63,704 nucleotides of DNA, filler included, from Sluysia triapertura (GCA_046118255.1; 5 parts of 5 records of this genome joined end to end with filler, not necessarily neighbours in it), one strand, 5' to 3'. Positions 23,971 through 38,554 are shown, numbered from the whole stretch's first letter. Numbers and translations: made by a program. Notes: generated by a model not told the origin, from the letters alone.

Positions 23971-25885
23971 TTATATATTATTCGAGTTAAAAAAATATTA
24001 TATTTTATTTAAGTTATGATATATTGGTGTAATATGTATTGGATGTTTGTGGTTGCCTGTGTTAGAGATTTATGAATGAGCTGAACACTACAATGGCTTC
24101 CTAAATTAATTTATTTTATTAAAAATAGTTTCTTAAAATAATTTATTTATTTATTTCAATTTCTAAAAATAGATAAAATTACTAAATAAAATATTAAACA
24201 ATTTATATTTAAAACAAAATAATTAAAAATTTTTTTGTTATTTATAATTTTTTAATAATTAAAATAAAAATACCATTTAAAATAATTAAAATTTTCTGTT
24301 ATTTATAATTTTTTTTATTTTTTGATTTTATTTAAAACTTTATTATAATATTTGATAGACAAATGAGACAAAACACTAAACAGTTATAATAAAAATTTTT
24401 ACATATTTTACAAAGTACTGAATATGAAAAATTCTTTACCTTAGGACACGTTACGCGATAAATATAATTAATTGCCATATCTTTTTTGTAAATAATAGTA
24501 GATCGACAATAAAATCACAAATTTATTTAAACTAATTATATCATTCACAAAGCTACTGAGTTGAATGATTATAATTAAATTAATTAACAAATATACTTTT
24601 AATCTTTAATAAAAAATTTTTTCCTTTCCTTATTTATTATTATTATTATTTAAACAACTCAATCAATGATCACATAAACAAATGTAATTAATTAATAAAT
24701 ATATTTCTAGTGATATTAATTTTTTTCTTTAATTATTTTTATTTCAATCTCACTCAGATTAAAATAACCAATTATATTATTCAGCCTTGTATCAGATTCT
24801 TTACATTCACTTAGTGATAAGAAGACACTTAATGCGAAATTTTAAGTTAACTAATTTTTATGCAGTGAAAGTTTCACAACATTGTTGATAGATCTTAAAT
24901 GCTGCAGAACAGAAGAAAGCTTGGCAATTTTTTTGTCTTTAGTATTCACTTTAACATTATGTTATTTATAATTTAAGTAATAATTAAATATTTTATTTAC
25001 AATTGTTATTTAAAATTTTGTTTAGTCCCGTTACTAATTTATCAAAATTGAGAAAAAATTAAAGGGTTATTGAGAGAAGGTTGTAGAGAATTTGGAATTT
25101 AATTAATAAGAAAACCCTCACATATGATGAAGATGTGGCAGTTGACTAATAAATTCTAATTAATGTTCATTGGGATAATTTAATAAATTATGATTTTAGA
25201 TGAAGTTATTCAAAAATAAAAGCACGAAAGTGATATTTCTATCTGGTTTTAATTAATCATTCAAATAATTAAAATAACATTATCATTATTAAGTAGAAAC
25301 AAAGAAAACTCAATTTTGTGATAAAATATAATTACTACTCAAAATAATACAAAATTCTAATTATAATTTCTCGCTTTAAATTTTTTCATAAGGTCAAATT
25401 ACAATATAAAAATGATTTAAAACTATAAAAATTTGCAAACACATTTCTTTTAGTATAATTAAATACATTAAAAATTCATAACTATATCAAAGTTTATTCA
25501 TAATTACATTCCACTTAATACATACAATTTGCTGTTCTGAAAGCATTAAAATAATGACATTTATTATAATTATAGTGCACAGTATAAACTACATTTAAAG
25601 TCAATTTTTAATAAAGTAAAATGGTTTTAATTAATATTGAGCTACAAATATTTCATTTTAATATTTGTGACAGAGAAAATAACAAATTTTATTTTGTTTT
25701 CATTGATTTTTAAATTAAAATATTAAATTTGTTTAATTAATCTTAATTTAGTGCGCGTACTTAAAAGTCAACATCTGCTTTTTAGATTGAATTAAGTTAA
25801 ATTATTATTTAATGAAACGTGATAACTACAATAGTTTGATTTTATTTAATTCGATACTAATGTTTCGATTATTTTGATTTCAGAA

Positions 25886-26506
25886 ATGTTTTATTCATCG
25901 AATTCAAATTACGTAAACAATTCTTCAAATTTTAATTCGGATTTATATTCAACTACTAATTTAATAATAAATAACATTCCTTCTTCAGCAACAGATTCCG
26001 AATTAAATGATTTGTTTTGCCAGTTTGGTACTATTAAGTCATATAAAGTAATTCGAAATAGTAATATTAAGAATTCTGAAAAAGAATCAAATGGAAAAAC
26101 ATATGGCTTTTGTGAATATCATAATCCAAAATCGGCACAGAATGCTATTGTTAATTTAGATAATTATAGGTTAAATGAAAGAATTCTCAGAGTATCATAT
26201 GCAAAATTATTTCCGAAACCAAAGGGAAAATCAGTTGGAGTTTCAAATATACCGCGTAATGTAACAGAAGAATGTATCAAAAATTTTTTCAGTCAGTATG
26301 GAAAAATTTCTAGGATGAGACTGATACCAGCGACTAATTCAAATAATCGATTAGCAGAAATTATTTATGAAAATAAAGATGATGCTGGAAAGGCAATTAC
26401 AGAACCAGAAAGGTCAATTTTATTTGAAGATAAATTATTTCCAGTGTCAGTTTATTTAATTAATGAGTCTAGTACTAATACTAATTCTACGTCTATAAGA
26501 GAGACA
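25886..26506 (+). CDS. ELAV/Hu/Sxl-like RNA-binding protein, exon 1 (RRM1 + RRM2)
   Basis: TNLIINNIP, KTYGFCEY, AQNAIVNLDNYRLNERILRVSYA (ELAV RRM1 signature), then RRM2 VGVSNIPRNVT...FSQYGKI. ATG at 25886 follows a tttcag acceptor. The phase-0 donor ACA|GTAGAT was chosen to match exon 2. Confidence 0.85.
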
Positions 26507-27011
26507 GTAGATTATTTGAGTAAGAAGGGAAGTCAACGTGAATATACTTGGAGTTATTTTGGGGTTATTTTATGTTTGATTTATTTAATCGAAGAATGTT
26601 CTGTGATAAAATGTTATGCAATGTAGGTTGAAACTTTGGAAACCCTTATTTGTTGTAATTACAACACATCAATTTGTATCAGTATGTAAAGTACTGAAGC
26701 AAATGATATTTTAAGTGTATTTTAAATAAATAAAATGATTAAATTTTATAATTTGTTCAAATTGCATGTATTGTTGAAATTATTAAAGGTTTTAACAATT
26801 AAAAAGTGCTTAAAAGTAAATTTAGTGAATAAAATTGTAATTTATGGCTTGTGTCATCGGTATGGTTTATCAAATTTGAACGTTGATAATATTTACTCAT
26901 TTTATTCAACTGATGAGTTTACTTGATAAAGTTATGAAATATTCAGGAAATCTCCATAATTCGAATTAGAGATTTCGATGATATAAATAATTTGATGAAT
27001 TATACTTTTAG

Positions 27012-27490
27012 AATGAACAAGTCAATAACGCCAATGTGTACGATGAAAATTGCATGTACTTTCTCAAAGCAGCAGCAAACGGTGTAAATGTTGCTTCAGC
27101 CAATACTGGAGTATCTGTTAATTCATGCCCAACTATGATAGCTCCATCTCATCCTCAAACAATATTTCAACCTCCCGCATTTGCTCATACAGCATCACCA
27201 GGTTTCACTACAACTCAGTATCCATTTGATTTATCAACATTGCAAGCCGCTCTTATTTATCATCAGCAAGCACAGAATCCATTTTCTGGTCCAACAATCG
27301 CCACTGGCCCTTCTACTCACACGTCAGCTCCACAAATAGGACCGCAGTTAGCTGCCGCAGCTGCTCTCTGTCACAATCCAAATACCGCCAGTGCAGCAGC
27401 CATCGCTGCTGCTTTTACGAACAATTCAGCGGCGGTTCAGCCACCTAATATTCAATACGCACATCCGTCGCATTATTCTGGATACATTAG
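27012..27490 (+). CDS. ELAV-like gene exon 2 (Ala/Pro/Gln/Ser-rich hinge)
   Basis: GC-enriched open frame, ttttag acceptor, AG|GTAATT donor (phase 2). Confidence 0.8.
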
Positions 27491-29364
27491 GTAATTTATT
27501 TTTATTATTTAATTTCAAATGTTGAAATTGTATTTCAGTAGACTCTTGTGTTCAAAGTTATACGCAAGAAGTAATGGTTTTATTTGGTTTTTAGTTTTAA
27601 ACATGATGCAATTACAATTTTCGCTTTTATTAATTTTCATTCTAATCATACGTTTAGGAATTTAAAATAAACAACTTGACCATTTTTTTAAAGAGATTAA
27701 AAACTACTTTATCTTATTAAAGTTACGTCGATCAAATTATTCAATTATTAATTTATATACTTGTATTATTTGATGCAGTCCTTGTTTTAGAATCTTGAAG
27801 GAGGTCTCATTAACTAGTCTCACTTATTAATTGATCTAATCTTAAAGAATTACTCAGACTATCGATAAAAGCAAGAATAGAATTCCAAATTACGACGATA
27901 ATCTAAAAATACTTATATTGTGAATATTTCAAAAATAAGAAAAAATTGGATACAAAAATGAATGTCTTTACACGGTATCCACAGTAATAATTCATTTTGA
28001 GTGCTTATAGTACATATTAGCGCTATATAAAGTAATATATTATTGTTTGATATTTAATTCAAATATTAATGTTAAATAATTGATTCAATCTATTTCTGAA
28101 ATATTTCATAATCTTCCAGTAATTTAGCATTCACTGGTAGCTAGTTGTATTTTTTTGAAACATTTGATACATAACCTATTACTTACCTTATTATCGTGGA
28201 TTTAATCATCCGTAACATAAAAATTATCTTTAGTTATTAAATCTTAATCTTAGTTTATTAAAAAAATTTACTTTGTTGTAAATCTTTAAAACTTCTTTTT
28301 ATACTTTCACTTCTAATCATCCTTTAGCTACGCAATTTAGCGTTCCTTTCACAAATCGTTTGAGTAACTTTAGAGATTCGAACTGATAGCTTTGATAGAC
28401 TTAGTTAAGTAAAAATTACAAATGATAAGCTGTTACTCTACTCGATCAACTTTAACCATCTGTGAGCCGAATTTTTATTAAATATAAAAAATATTTATTT
28501 TGACATCTGAGGTTGGCGGTGCTGCCAACCGTCATCAATACTTCCATTGGTTATGTCAGAGGCATTATATAATAAAAACATTCATCCCCTTGTGAAAAAA
28601 TCTAAAACTATTTCGTAAAATGTGACTTGAAAGTTACGTAGGTTAAGTAAAAAATTTGATTAATTATCAATTTTTAGAGTATTTAATGTACTTGAATTTA
28701 AATTAGTTCTTAAATTAAAAAAACAATTCTTAGTAATTGTTTTTTAAAATATGTCTGGTGTGTCGGCAGAACATTTCATTGTAAAACAATTAATACTACC
28801 AAACCAAAATCTTCCATCTAAATTGCAACATGAGGATTTACATTTACCTGTTTAATTATATTTCTCATTAATTTTATTGCTTCCTTTACATTCAAATTCA
28901 TCTTGTGTACATGTTTACATTATATGCACGCACACAAATAATTCTTCATAATTAATATATTATTAAATTATACATTATATTTTGCTAAATTTCCTTTATT
29001 CAATCTCGTATCATTTTATTTTAAATATTATTTTGGAAGCTATTAGTAAAATAAATTAATTTATAAAAATAACTTGAGAAATATAATCATTGAATATTCG
29101 AGGTCTTATGAATGTGTTCAATCGTTTCTTTTACATTGCCAGTTATGCTTTCCTAATATTTCAAGTTAGAAATAATTCGGAAGTGAATTAGATTTTAATA
29201 TTTAAGAGAACCTCAAAAACATTTTAGAAAATAATGACAAAAAACATTTAAATAAATTTTGAATACTATAAATATTAAAAATGATTTTAAAATAAAAATA
29301 TTAAAAAAAATTGTATTTCACTTACTTTACCACATCTAAAATTCATGAGTATTGACGGTATAAC

Positions 29365-29720
29365 TTAACCATTGGGTAGATATGAGCGCCATATAAATTA
29401 ATATATTATTATTATTATTATTACCAGATCTTTTGAGAAAAATTTAAAAAATAATGTAGAAATGTGTGAAATATAGCATATAATTACTTAAAATGATTTT
29501 TCAATACAAAGCATTCACCAATACAAAGAGCAGCATCACAATCTTTAAACATATCGAATATCCTTTCTTCTAATGTTTGCTGAGCAAACAACACATCTTT
29601 GCTTTTTGCCTAGTTTAGATGTATTATCTCTTCGGTAAAATTTTTTGATGATAGACGTATTGGAATGGATGATTGTGAATGGCCTTTCTGATGATGTTGA
29701 TACTGCCATGGTTAAAATGA
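29365..29720 (-). mobile_element. piggyBac transposase C-terminal remnant with TTAA terminus
   Basis: GKKQRCVVCSANIRRKDIRY, frameshift, KDCDAALCIGECF, the piggyBac Cys-rich C-terminal domain. TTAACCATTGGG end at 29365. Confidence 0.7.
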
Positions 29721-30259
29721 AGAATTTTGTTTTAATGAAATTTCTTCGTCGCCAGAAAAATAATAAATTTCTGTATCATCGCTTGATGGTGACATAAATA
29801 ATCATGCATTATTTTTGGGATTTATTCAAAAAAATATTAAAAAACTTGACAAGTATTATTAATTTTATGAATGAAAGGACGAATGTATAGGCGTGGAAAA
29901 TGAAATTTTGTGAGAAAGAAACTTAGTTTTAATATTTGAAATAATGAAAGTGACTTCTAAATGCAAATAAAATGCGAACGTATTTCATAAATTCATTGAA
30001 AATTGTTAACTTATTTTTTAAAACAAAAACTAATTAAACGAAGGAAACATTTTTGCATAAATATAATCGATTTTGAGAAAAGAAACTCCCCTTAAATATT
30101 AAAGCATTTCCTTTTCTAATAAATTTCTTCTGTGGTTTATGCTTCAAGATAAATACCATATCAACTAAAATAGGTAATACTTGAATTTTCATCTTAGAAA
30201 TTCGAACGATAGATCCACATGTTTGTTAAATTATAATACTTTTTTCGCAGTTAAATATA

Positions 30260-33200
30260 CTTGAATGAACTCCTATTATCGGTAAAGATGTATTTGTTAA
30301 ACAATTTAAATACCTGGATCCTAATGAAAATGCTCGTTAGTATAATTACTGATTGATTTCTCTATTTATATTTCAACAAAATCTTACATATTCGCAACCA
30401 TTGGTTCAACTGTTTTTCTTCTCTAGACAACATACATTTATATGCATTTATTTTATTCGACATGTTAATTTGACAAAAATTTGATAGGAATGGGATTTCA
30501 TTTCAAATCCGATTTTTTCACATAAAATTCCAAAAAATATATCATGAATCCAAAAGAATTTTGATTTCATGCCGTATTCAACTAAATGTTTCGATAACGT
30601 TATACTGGATATTATGTAATAAAGTGGATATTTATGTGAATAACATTAAACTCCTGCTCCAATAATAGGGAAGGAATAAAAGTAATAAAAAACAAGAAAA
30701 TCAATTATGACTCGTATTGACAACAATGAAGAAAAGAACTGAGATAATGGTAAATTTTCTTCTAATTTACCTCATTTTCCACACATACAATGACATATTT
30801 CAATGGTTATGCAATGTCATAATGAAATGTTCTATGTCAATTAGACATAATAAAAGTAAACATTTTAGTTAACATTTAGAATGTCGCTTATTTCTATATA
30901 AATTATGTGCAAAAATACTTAAATTGAATTTTATGGAAACGGATGCTCGAATTATTTACTGTAACAGCGTTTCGTAAATTAAAACTGTTATTTTAAAATT
31001 TTAGGAAGATTAATATCAATCTTATTTTCTATAGGTGGTCGTATGTTAAATAAGATTTTTGAACAAAATGAGACTGTGCAAAGCTAACAATTAACATTTT
31101 ATTAAATGCAGATATAAGACAACTTGAAAAAGACGAATGACACTCAGCCACTAATTTAGTTAAAGTCATGAACAGTTCATTAACAAATTGGAGCAAACAA
31201 TCATAACCCAAATGTGGGTCGAAGAAAATGTTATTTGCGTGTTCCAAGAAAAAATGTTTTAAAAGGTAAGAAAATCTAGATTCAAGAATGTTACATTAAA
31301 TTACAAAATTTATATAAGTAGATTTCGGTGATAGGTGTAATCAAACAGGCTTAATGTCATAAGCATTGAGTAATATTGGTTTAGAGATTTTGAACATACA
31401 TAAACTTGAATAATAAACAAATTTCTTTATTAATTTGCCAAAAATAAGTAATTTTTTAATAAAATTCAAATATAAATATTGAAAATATTTATATATCTGT
31501 TGACTTTAAGGACCGTTACGTTAATTAAAAAATTCTATAATAAAACAAAAAAAATTTGACTAATTTATTATATGCAGCATAAACTTTGGGATAAAAATTT
31601 TACTACGAAGAAAAACAAAAAATGTCAGTATTAAGAATAAGTTTTCACCGCAAAAATTTGACAATTCTAGCGTTGATTTCTTGAATTCAGCAAACGCTAT
31701 GATCAAATTTAATCTCTTTATCATGGTAGTACGATCTCAAATACATAATTACTCTTGGCAAAGCTAATATTCGAATAGGATCTATACATTCTACTTTTTT
31801 GTATAAGCAAGAAAAAAATAACAAAGTAATCTCTAGTTCTAGCATTTCGAAATGTGTTTGTTAGTTTATATGATTAGCACTCTTGTTAATTCCCAGATTA
31901 TACCATAAAATGATTGATTCACTTAGGATGAACTGGAAAGAAAGAGCATCATCAAAAAAATTTATTTCATTCTTTTTATCAAAAAAATATATTATAAAAT
32001 CTCCAGAGTAATATCTAACGTGATTAGGTACAAATTTCATATTGAATTATACTTGATTTCAAGTTCAATGTTTATCCGTCTTTCAATCATATCGTGTGAA
32101 TTGGTTATAAGAAATACTCTTTCCATTCGTTGCACGACTGAAAAAACATCAGTAGTTGTGTTTGATCGATGTTCTAATATTGTATGTCTACCTGAAACAC
32201 ATTTAGTAGGCCAATAAATAATTTCATGGAAAATAGATTCCGTTTGATTTTGACATCTTTTATACTAAATCCAATCCCAACTACTTCGGTTTTATTTTGA
32301 AATAGTTTTACATTATGCTCATTAGTCTATAAACTTCCTTTTGATTGAGTACTTTTGTTCAATTTCTTTAAATTAACAGCACCAAAATTATTCTTCATAG
32401 TTTCAGTATTTGAATTTGTTCGTTTGAATTAAATTGTGGTTCACTAATGTCGTGTTCAATTTTAAAAGTGACGTTCTTGATTTTTCTACCAATTGAAGTA
32501 ATGTTAGGGTTTAAATCAGATATTTATTTTTATTCTTGACTCGTCACTGCAATAATTAAATAGCCATCTTTAATTGTTTTAAAATTTTATTGATTGGATT
32601 TTTATTTTTTTTCCAATTTTTATTTTCATTACTAATATTATTTATTAAATTTATTTCACTATATTCTGGCATTCTGGCAGGAATTTGAATTTAAGAGCCT
32701 AAGTTGTACACCAATTGTATCAATAGCATCAATATCTAAGTCACTATCAAGAGAAATATTTAGAATTATCTATATCATTATCTTATTGAGTTTTATCATC
32801 GTAACATATCTTTACTTCAATTTGATTAAAATTTTTAGATAATTCATTGCATTCTTTATTACTTTCTGTATTTATCGTTGGCTCATTTTAAAGTCTTTGT
32901 TTATCACTTTCAATATTTTCATTTTTATTAAAATGATTTTTTGAGTGTTTATCGAGTTCGGGTTTAGAATTTTCAACATTTGTTTCAATTTTTTATATTC
33001 TATTATTCCAGGATTCGGCAAAAATTGAATACCTTTAACGTAACCGCCATGCAAAGTTGTGTAAACATTTTAATTAAATTCTTCCGATAATGATCGCTTT
33101 ATAACCCATACGTATTTTTTCATGTTTGTACAATGTTTCTAGTTATACTCACTATTCGATTAAAATGCTGGATTTCACGATTACGTACAATAAAAAGTTC

Positions 33201-33575
33201 CTTTATATAAGAAAAAGTCGGATATAAAAGGTAACGAATAATAAAAATAGAAAAATGATGACAAGAATAAAACAATAAAAAGAATACTGATATTATCATG
33301 ATTAATTATGCTCATTACCAACAATGATATTTGACTAATGTTTTGGAATGAAAGAATTTTGAGTGTATATGAAGAAAAATTGAAGTGAAAATGAGAGATG
33401 TTATTGTTTTCGTAGGAAGTGTGATATTTAAGAATTTGTGTTATCACGTGTTTTGATTAACGTATCGTGATTAATTGTTTATTTAATGTTGGGAGATTGT
33501 TTAAGTGAGTAATTTTTGTATCATGTAAAAATAGAGCAATGTAAAATTCTGCATTATGATGTGAACCACCATTAA
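30260..33575 (-). mobile_element. Decayed Gypsy-like LTR retrotransposon in ELAV intron 2
   Basis: Minus-strand order: PBS-like TGGTGGTTCAC (33571-33561), G-poor leader, Cys motif FTQLCMAVTLKVFNFC, RT thumb-like KLFQNKTEVVGIGFS...LFIGLLNVF, RNase H end GDFIIYFFDKKNEINFFDDALS, integrase Zn-like HLGYDCLL...SSC, integrase core YIFTDNRSSF (about 30280). Confidence 0.7.
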
Positions 33576-33767
33576 TCATAATATTATTTCAATCTATTTC
33601 TGCAGAACTTTCAGTGTCTATCACTTTCTAGTCACATTATATTATATTATTATATAATTATGTTAATGTATTAATAGAGTGTATTTTTTATTAAAGTTTT
33701 TAACAATTTATTTAGAAATTTATTTATTGTTTTCGTGACTTTAGAAACCTTCGATGGGAAAATTAGA

Positions 33768-34008
33768 TTAACCCTTTGATTACCAATGGGAGGATGGGTC
33801 CCACAGAAACTATGTTCTACATCAGTGGGTTAAAAGCAGCTTTAAACAGCCTAACAGATCGTCCAAATGGTTGTGTAGTGTTTAATGAATGACGTGAAAT
33901 CAGCTGGTCGGTTACATTTTTTCAATTATGCCATGGCCATAAGTTATTAGCCAATTAAGTTAATATTATAAAATGGGACCGAAAAAGGTTTGGTATTGAA
34001 AGGGTTAA
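33768..34008. mobile_element. piggyBac-type MITE
   Basis: TTAACCCTTTGATTACCAA ... TTGGTATTGAAAGGGTTAA; 17 of 19 nt inverted match including TTAA. Confidence 0.85.
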
Positions 34009-34516
34009 ACAATTTTTGTGCGGTTTATATTCATATATTAAATTTAAATATAGTTTTTGATTTAAAAAATTATTTAATTGTGTTTGAACAATAGATGGTA
34101 TTTTAGATAAAGTTTCTTTCAGTTTATTACAATATTAAAAAGAGAATATTTTAAATTTATTTGTATTTCTAAAGTTATGAAGGCATGTGCAAATGTGTCA
34201 TGATTTCACAATCAAAGTATTTGCTACATTTAATCATCTGTATAATTTGGTCTTTAAAATACTTGCATTAAATTTCGATAACATATTATTTTTGCATGAT
34301 ATTCTGTATTACTGTTAATTCGTTTTCGATCAATACAATAATACTTTAAATGATCTCAATCAAGCAAACTTGGGTCAGAACCATAATAAATGGTCTTACA
34401 ATTGTTGGATTTTTTATTTCAAATTATCCTAACATTTATTTGAAATTGGTGCGCCTAAGGTGAAAGACTTAAGTAATTATTTATTCTGTTAAGGAAGTCA
34501 TATATTTTTGGCTTAC

Positions 34517-34553
<37 letters not shown>
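34517..34553. repeat. (AT)n(GT)n compound microsatellite
   Basis: Directly visible in the sequence. Confidence 0.9.
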
Positions 34554-35669
34554 GAATATATACAATTCAAAAATTAAACAATAAACATTGCTATAATTTT
34601 AATATCGATATTCACTATTTATCATTATTGAGTTTATCTGTAATTTTATGGTATCTTTAGGGTACGTGAACAATAAAATTAGTTAAATTATGCTCGCAGT
34701 AAAGGTGCGAAAATTTATTACTTGTATACTTACTACATAATTGAAAAAATGGACTAAAAGCTGGATCTCAAAATAAATAATATGAATGTCCTGACGAACT
34801 AAAACACTGTAACTGTATTATACCAAATTTTTTAATTGTAACTTGTGGATGAGCTTATTGATGATTTCAACCGTTTAACATTAGATAGTATCCAATTAAA
34901 TAAATTTTTACTTCAAAAATGAAATCACTTTGTAAAGAATTGAAATAAAAGTTTATGTTACCGTTTTCCATCATTCATTAATAATATTTAATATTGTTGT
35001 ACAAAATAAAAGTGAAACTGTTGAAACGATTTTATAATAAATTTCAAATTTTGATTTAAATTTCAAAAATAAATTTATTATTACAATTTTGTCATATTCG
35101 ACATTGCATGTCTTTCGAACATAACGATGGTCCAATGTCAATATTGAAAATAATTTCATTAACCTTAGCCAGATCTGTAAGCCTTATAACAATTGAAAAG
35201 GGGTTTCAAAATTTTTCCACTTTTTTATTACGAATAGTACCATTATTTTGGAGATAAGTCAATTGTAGATAAAGAAACAGTTTTGGTACGTTTTATTTCA
35301 ATCCAATAATGGGAATCATTTTATAAATGATAATTTTCATCCAGACTGTGCCTACGGAATAGCAAAGTAAACTTAATTATTCATTGATACAGATTATAAT
35401 TTGATATTTCTAAAAAAATATGTTACGAAATTAGTTTTACTTAATTTAATTAAGCAGTCATTGGGTATTTGTCAAAAATACAAATAGTGTTTATATAATG
35501 CAGATTGTAAATGGTATTTAAACAGCCATTTTATTGAATAATTTTCAATATTAAATTCGAGAAATTTTGAAATTTTTTCTAAAAATGTTTTTGCATTGTG
35601 CTGCCTCTTTAAAATATTTTAGACTATTAATAAAGTGATTTAGTGAGAAATAAGCACAAATTTGTTTAG

Positions 35670-36642
35670 TTTTCAGACAGGTTCTGGTGGACCTGGTTGT
35701 CCTCAAATTCCAATACATTCTCAAAATATACCTGGAATTTCTGGTCATCCTGGACATGGTAATAGCAGTCCGCCATTCTTCACTGTATTTCCAACTACAG
35801 GAACTAATATTACTGCACATCCATGTCCTAGTTCCAATTCCAGCAGTGCAGGACCACTTCACGCTCCAGCGTATCCTCCACATTCTAATCCAGCTATGGC
35901 CGTTCCCGTCGTTAAAGAATCTGGAATTGCATCAAACACAAGTTCTTCTCTAGAAGTATCTTCTGGAGTAATGGCAGCTTCTGCATACGTAGGAAATACA
36001 AACACGAATAATAATAATAATATTAACCTTCCCGTAACGTTGCTTCCTTCCGGACTCTATTACAACATGCTTGCGGGAGGACCTAATAATAATTCAAATC
36101 TAGGGCCACCGTATTTCCAACGGCAAAATCTTCAACAATTCAATAAACTTTTCGATATGCAAACGACAGCTACAATTAGTGGTCCCAGTTGCTCTCCAAC
36201 TCTCTCTTGTAATGGAAGTCAAGTTGGTGGTGGTGGTGGAAACATATCCATGACAACATCACAATCTCAGGCTACCAATAGCGCTAGTTCCACTTCTGGG
36301 TCGTTTGTTGTGTACGTATATAATATTGGAAACAATACAAACCGAGAACAACTGAGGGAATTGTTTGGATCTCCAAATTACTCCTCGGAAATAGTTAAGA
36401 TTGATATTCCAAAGGACAATTCAGTATTATTACCACAAACAGAAGGAGTTAATTCCTGCTTAAATTCTAATTCCAATTCCTCTTCGAATAATTCCTTTTC
36501 GAATGTAATTGGATGTGGTGGTACAAACAAAAATTTTTGTTTCATCACATTTTCTAGTCTTCAAGCAGCCAAATGTGCCATTAAAGAAATGAATGGATTC
36601 GAATATCAAGGCAAAGTTCTTCAGGTCTCTTTCAAAAAATAA
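35670..36642 (+). CDS. ELAV-like gene last exon (rest of hinge + RRM3)
   Basis: Phase-2 acceptor gtttag|T. RRM3 FVVYVYNI...KNFCFITF...AIKEMNGFEYQGKVLQVSFKK*, where LQVSFK is the ELAV C-terminal signature. Joined model is about 690 aa. Confidence 0.88.
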
Positions 36643-38181
36643 ATCGACATTTTGGTCATTTGATTGAATCAAACTTGTGGTAACAAAAAAATGACTTTCT
36701 CCTCATACAAAACCCTTTAACCTAATTTTTTTATCTTCCATATCCTTCAGATATTTTGTTATTAGGCTTTCTATTACTACCGATAATTTTACCACAACGT
36801 ATGAATAAAATTGATGTATAACAAAATCAGCGTCCACTTTCATAATAGTTAAACGTTGTTGATGTAACAATAACGGTAGTTGAGGATGTCTGTAATTGTT
36901 AATTATCCATCCTTTTGTGTGAAGACTTGTCAGACGAGTAGCGATAATCTCGTCTCTCCTCACACACATTCTATACAAACCTATTTGTAATGTTTGTAGA
37001 CCAACTTATTTTCGTATGTTTCATTAGTAGAATATTTTTCAAAATTTTTATTTTTTATAATTTGTTATGAAAAATTAGCACAGCACAATAGTAATGGACA
37101 TAAATTAATTCAACATTTTTTAAAGTGATATTTATTTGACAAGCATCTCGCGTAATGTAAATTTTTCATTGCTGTAAACGCTTCAATATCGGTCTTAGAA
37201 TTGCTGTAATAATTAGACGCTTATGTGCAATTTTTGTATAATTACAAATCTATATATATCATTACAGCCCGTAAATAAGCAGATGCTAGTCCGTATATAC
37301 AGGTAATAAAAGTACAAGAACAAAGTAATCTTTGGATATAAGCACTAAAAGTATGATGTAAAAATATTTCAAGTAAATATTAGCATTTAAATGTCAAACT
37401 GTGAAAAGTAATGGAGTTGGTGTAAGTAAATTATATATTTAGGTGAACTTCTGACACAGAAAATCGATAGATTTGAAAAAAATCAGACATTTTAAAATAA
37501 TTGCGGTTCATGATGTTATCAACATCAAAAATTAAAATTGAGAAGGTAGCGACACTAGAAATAATCAGCAGATTAAAAGAAACAATTGTAATGTGAGGTA
37601 ATTAAAGTAGTTTAGTTTAAATTAAGTTAAAATTCAACTTAAACGTGAGTCTTCTATGATACTGGACTTATACACTTAAGGGCCAGACATAGATTTTTGC
37701 AGTTTTAAAATAAATACTGGAGGTTCTTGTTTATTATTTTACTAATTTTGTCAATTAACTAAATCAATCTATTTGTTATTGAATTTTCTTAAGTAGTGGC
37801 TTATTGCAACTTAATGAATGTAATTATTATAAAGAATTGTTAGATTTATTCTTAATTTAACAATTATGATTTTACTATAATTACAGGGTTCGCCAATAAC
37901 TCAAGATTTAAATCGTAAAGAAGACTTGGCTATTGGTTTGTGAATTAAAAACTACGAAAGAAATCTCTTAAATCTTCAAAAATGGATAGTCTTTATTAAT
38001 GAAACTGTAATAATTACTTTAATCGGAGGGTCTTTCAGTATGTGGTCAATTTTAATCCTTTCTTATTTTATCCTTTTAATGGTTTTCTTTTAATATTCTC
38101 TATTATACGATGAATAAATAACCAACAAATAAACACGTGTGTGTTCTATGAAAGTTTATTATCGACAATTAATAAAAAGAA

Positions 38182-38259
38182 ATGTAAACAACAATTAATA
38201 TAAAGAGATGTAAGCAACAATTAATATAAAGAGATGTAAACAACAATTAGTATAACGAG
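38182..38259. repeat. 26-bp tandem repeat x3
   Basis: Unit ATGTAAACAACAATTAATATAAAGAG. Confidence 0.85.
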
Positions 38260-38454
38260 ATAAGTAATAATAATAATTATAGCAAAATTAAAAATTAGAA
38301 TTATGTTTCTAATTTTTATAATCTTTGATTTTAAACTGAGATTAACTCAAGTTTAATACTTGAGTGGGATAATTAATAAGATTTTGCGTAGAAAATTAAA
38401 ACAACTATATAATTGTTTTCAAAACTTATTAAAAAATAGCTTACGAAAATCGTT

Positions 38455-38554
38455 NNNNNNNNNNNNNNNNNNNNNNNNNNNNNNNNNNNNNNNNNNNNTT
38501 AATTAATTAANNNNNNNNNNNNNNNNNNNNNNNNNNNNNNNNNNNNNNNNNNNN
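38455..38554. other. Artificial contig spacer
   Basis: 44 N + TTAATTAATTAA + 44 N. Confidence 0.98.

Noticed and set aside
35551-36978. Overlapping ORFs 35551-35883, 35687-35953, 36460-36672 and 36703-36978
   Set aside because: Shadow frames of the ELAV exon or its 3' UTR.
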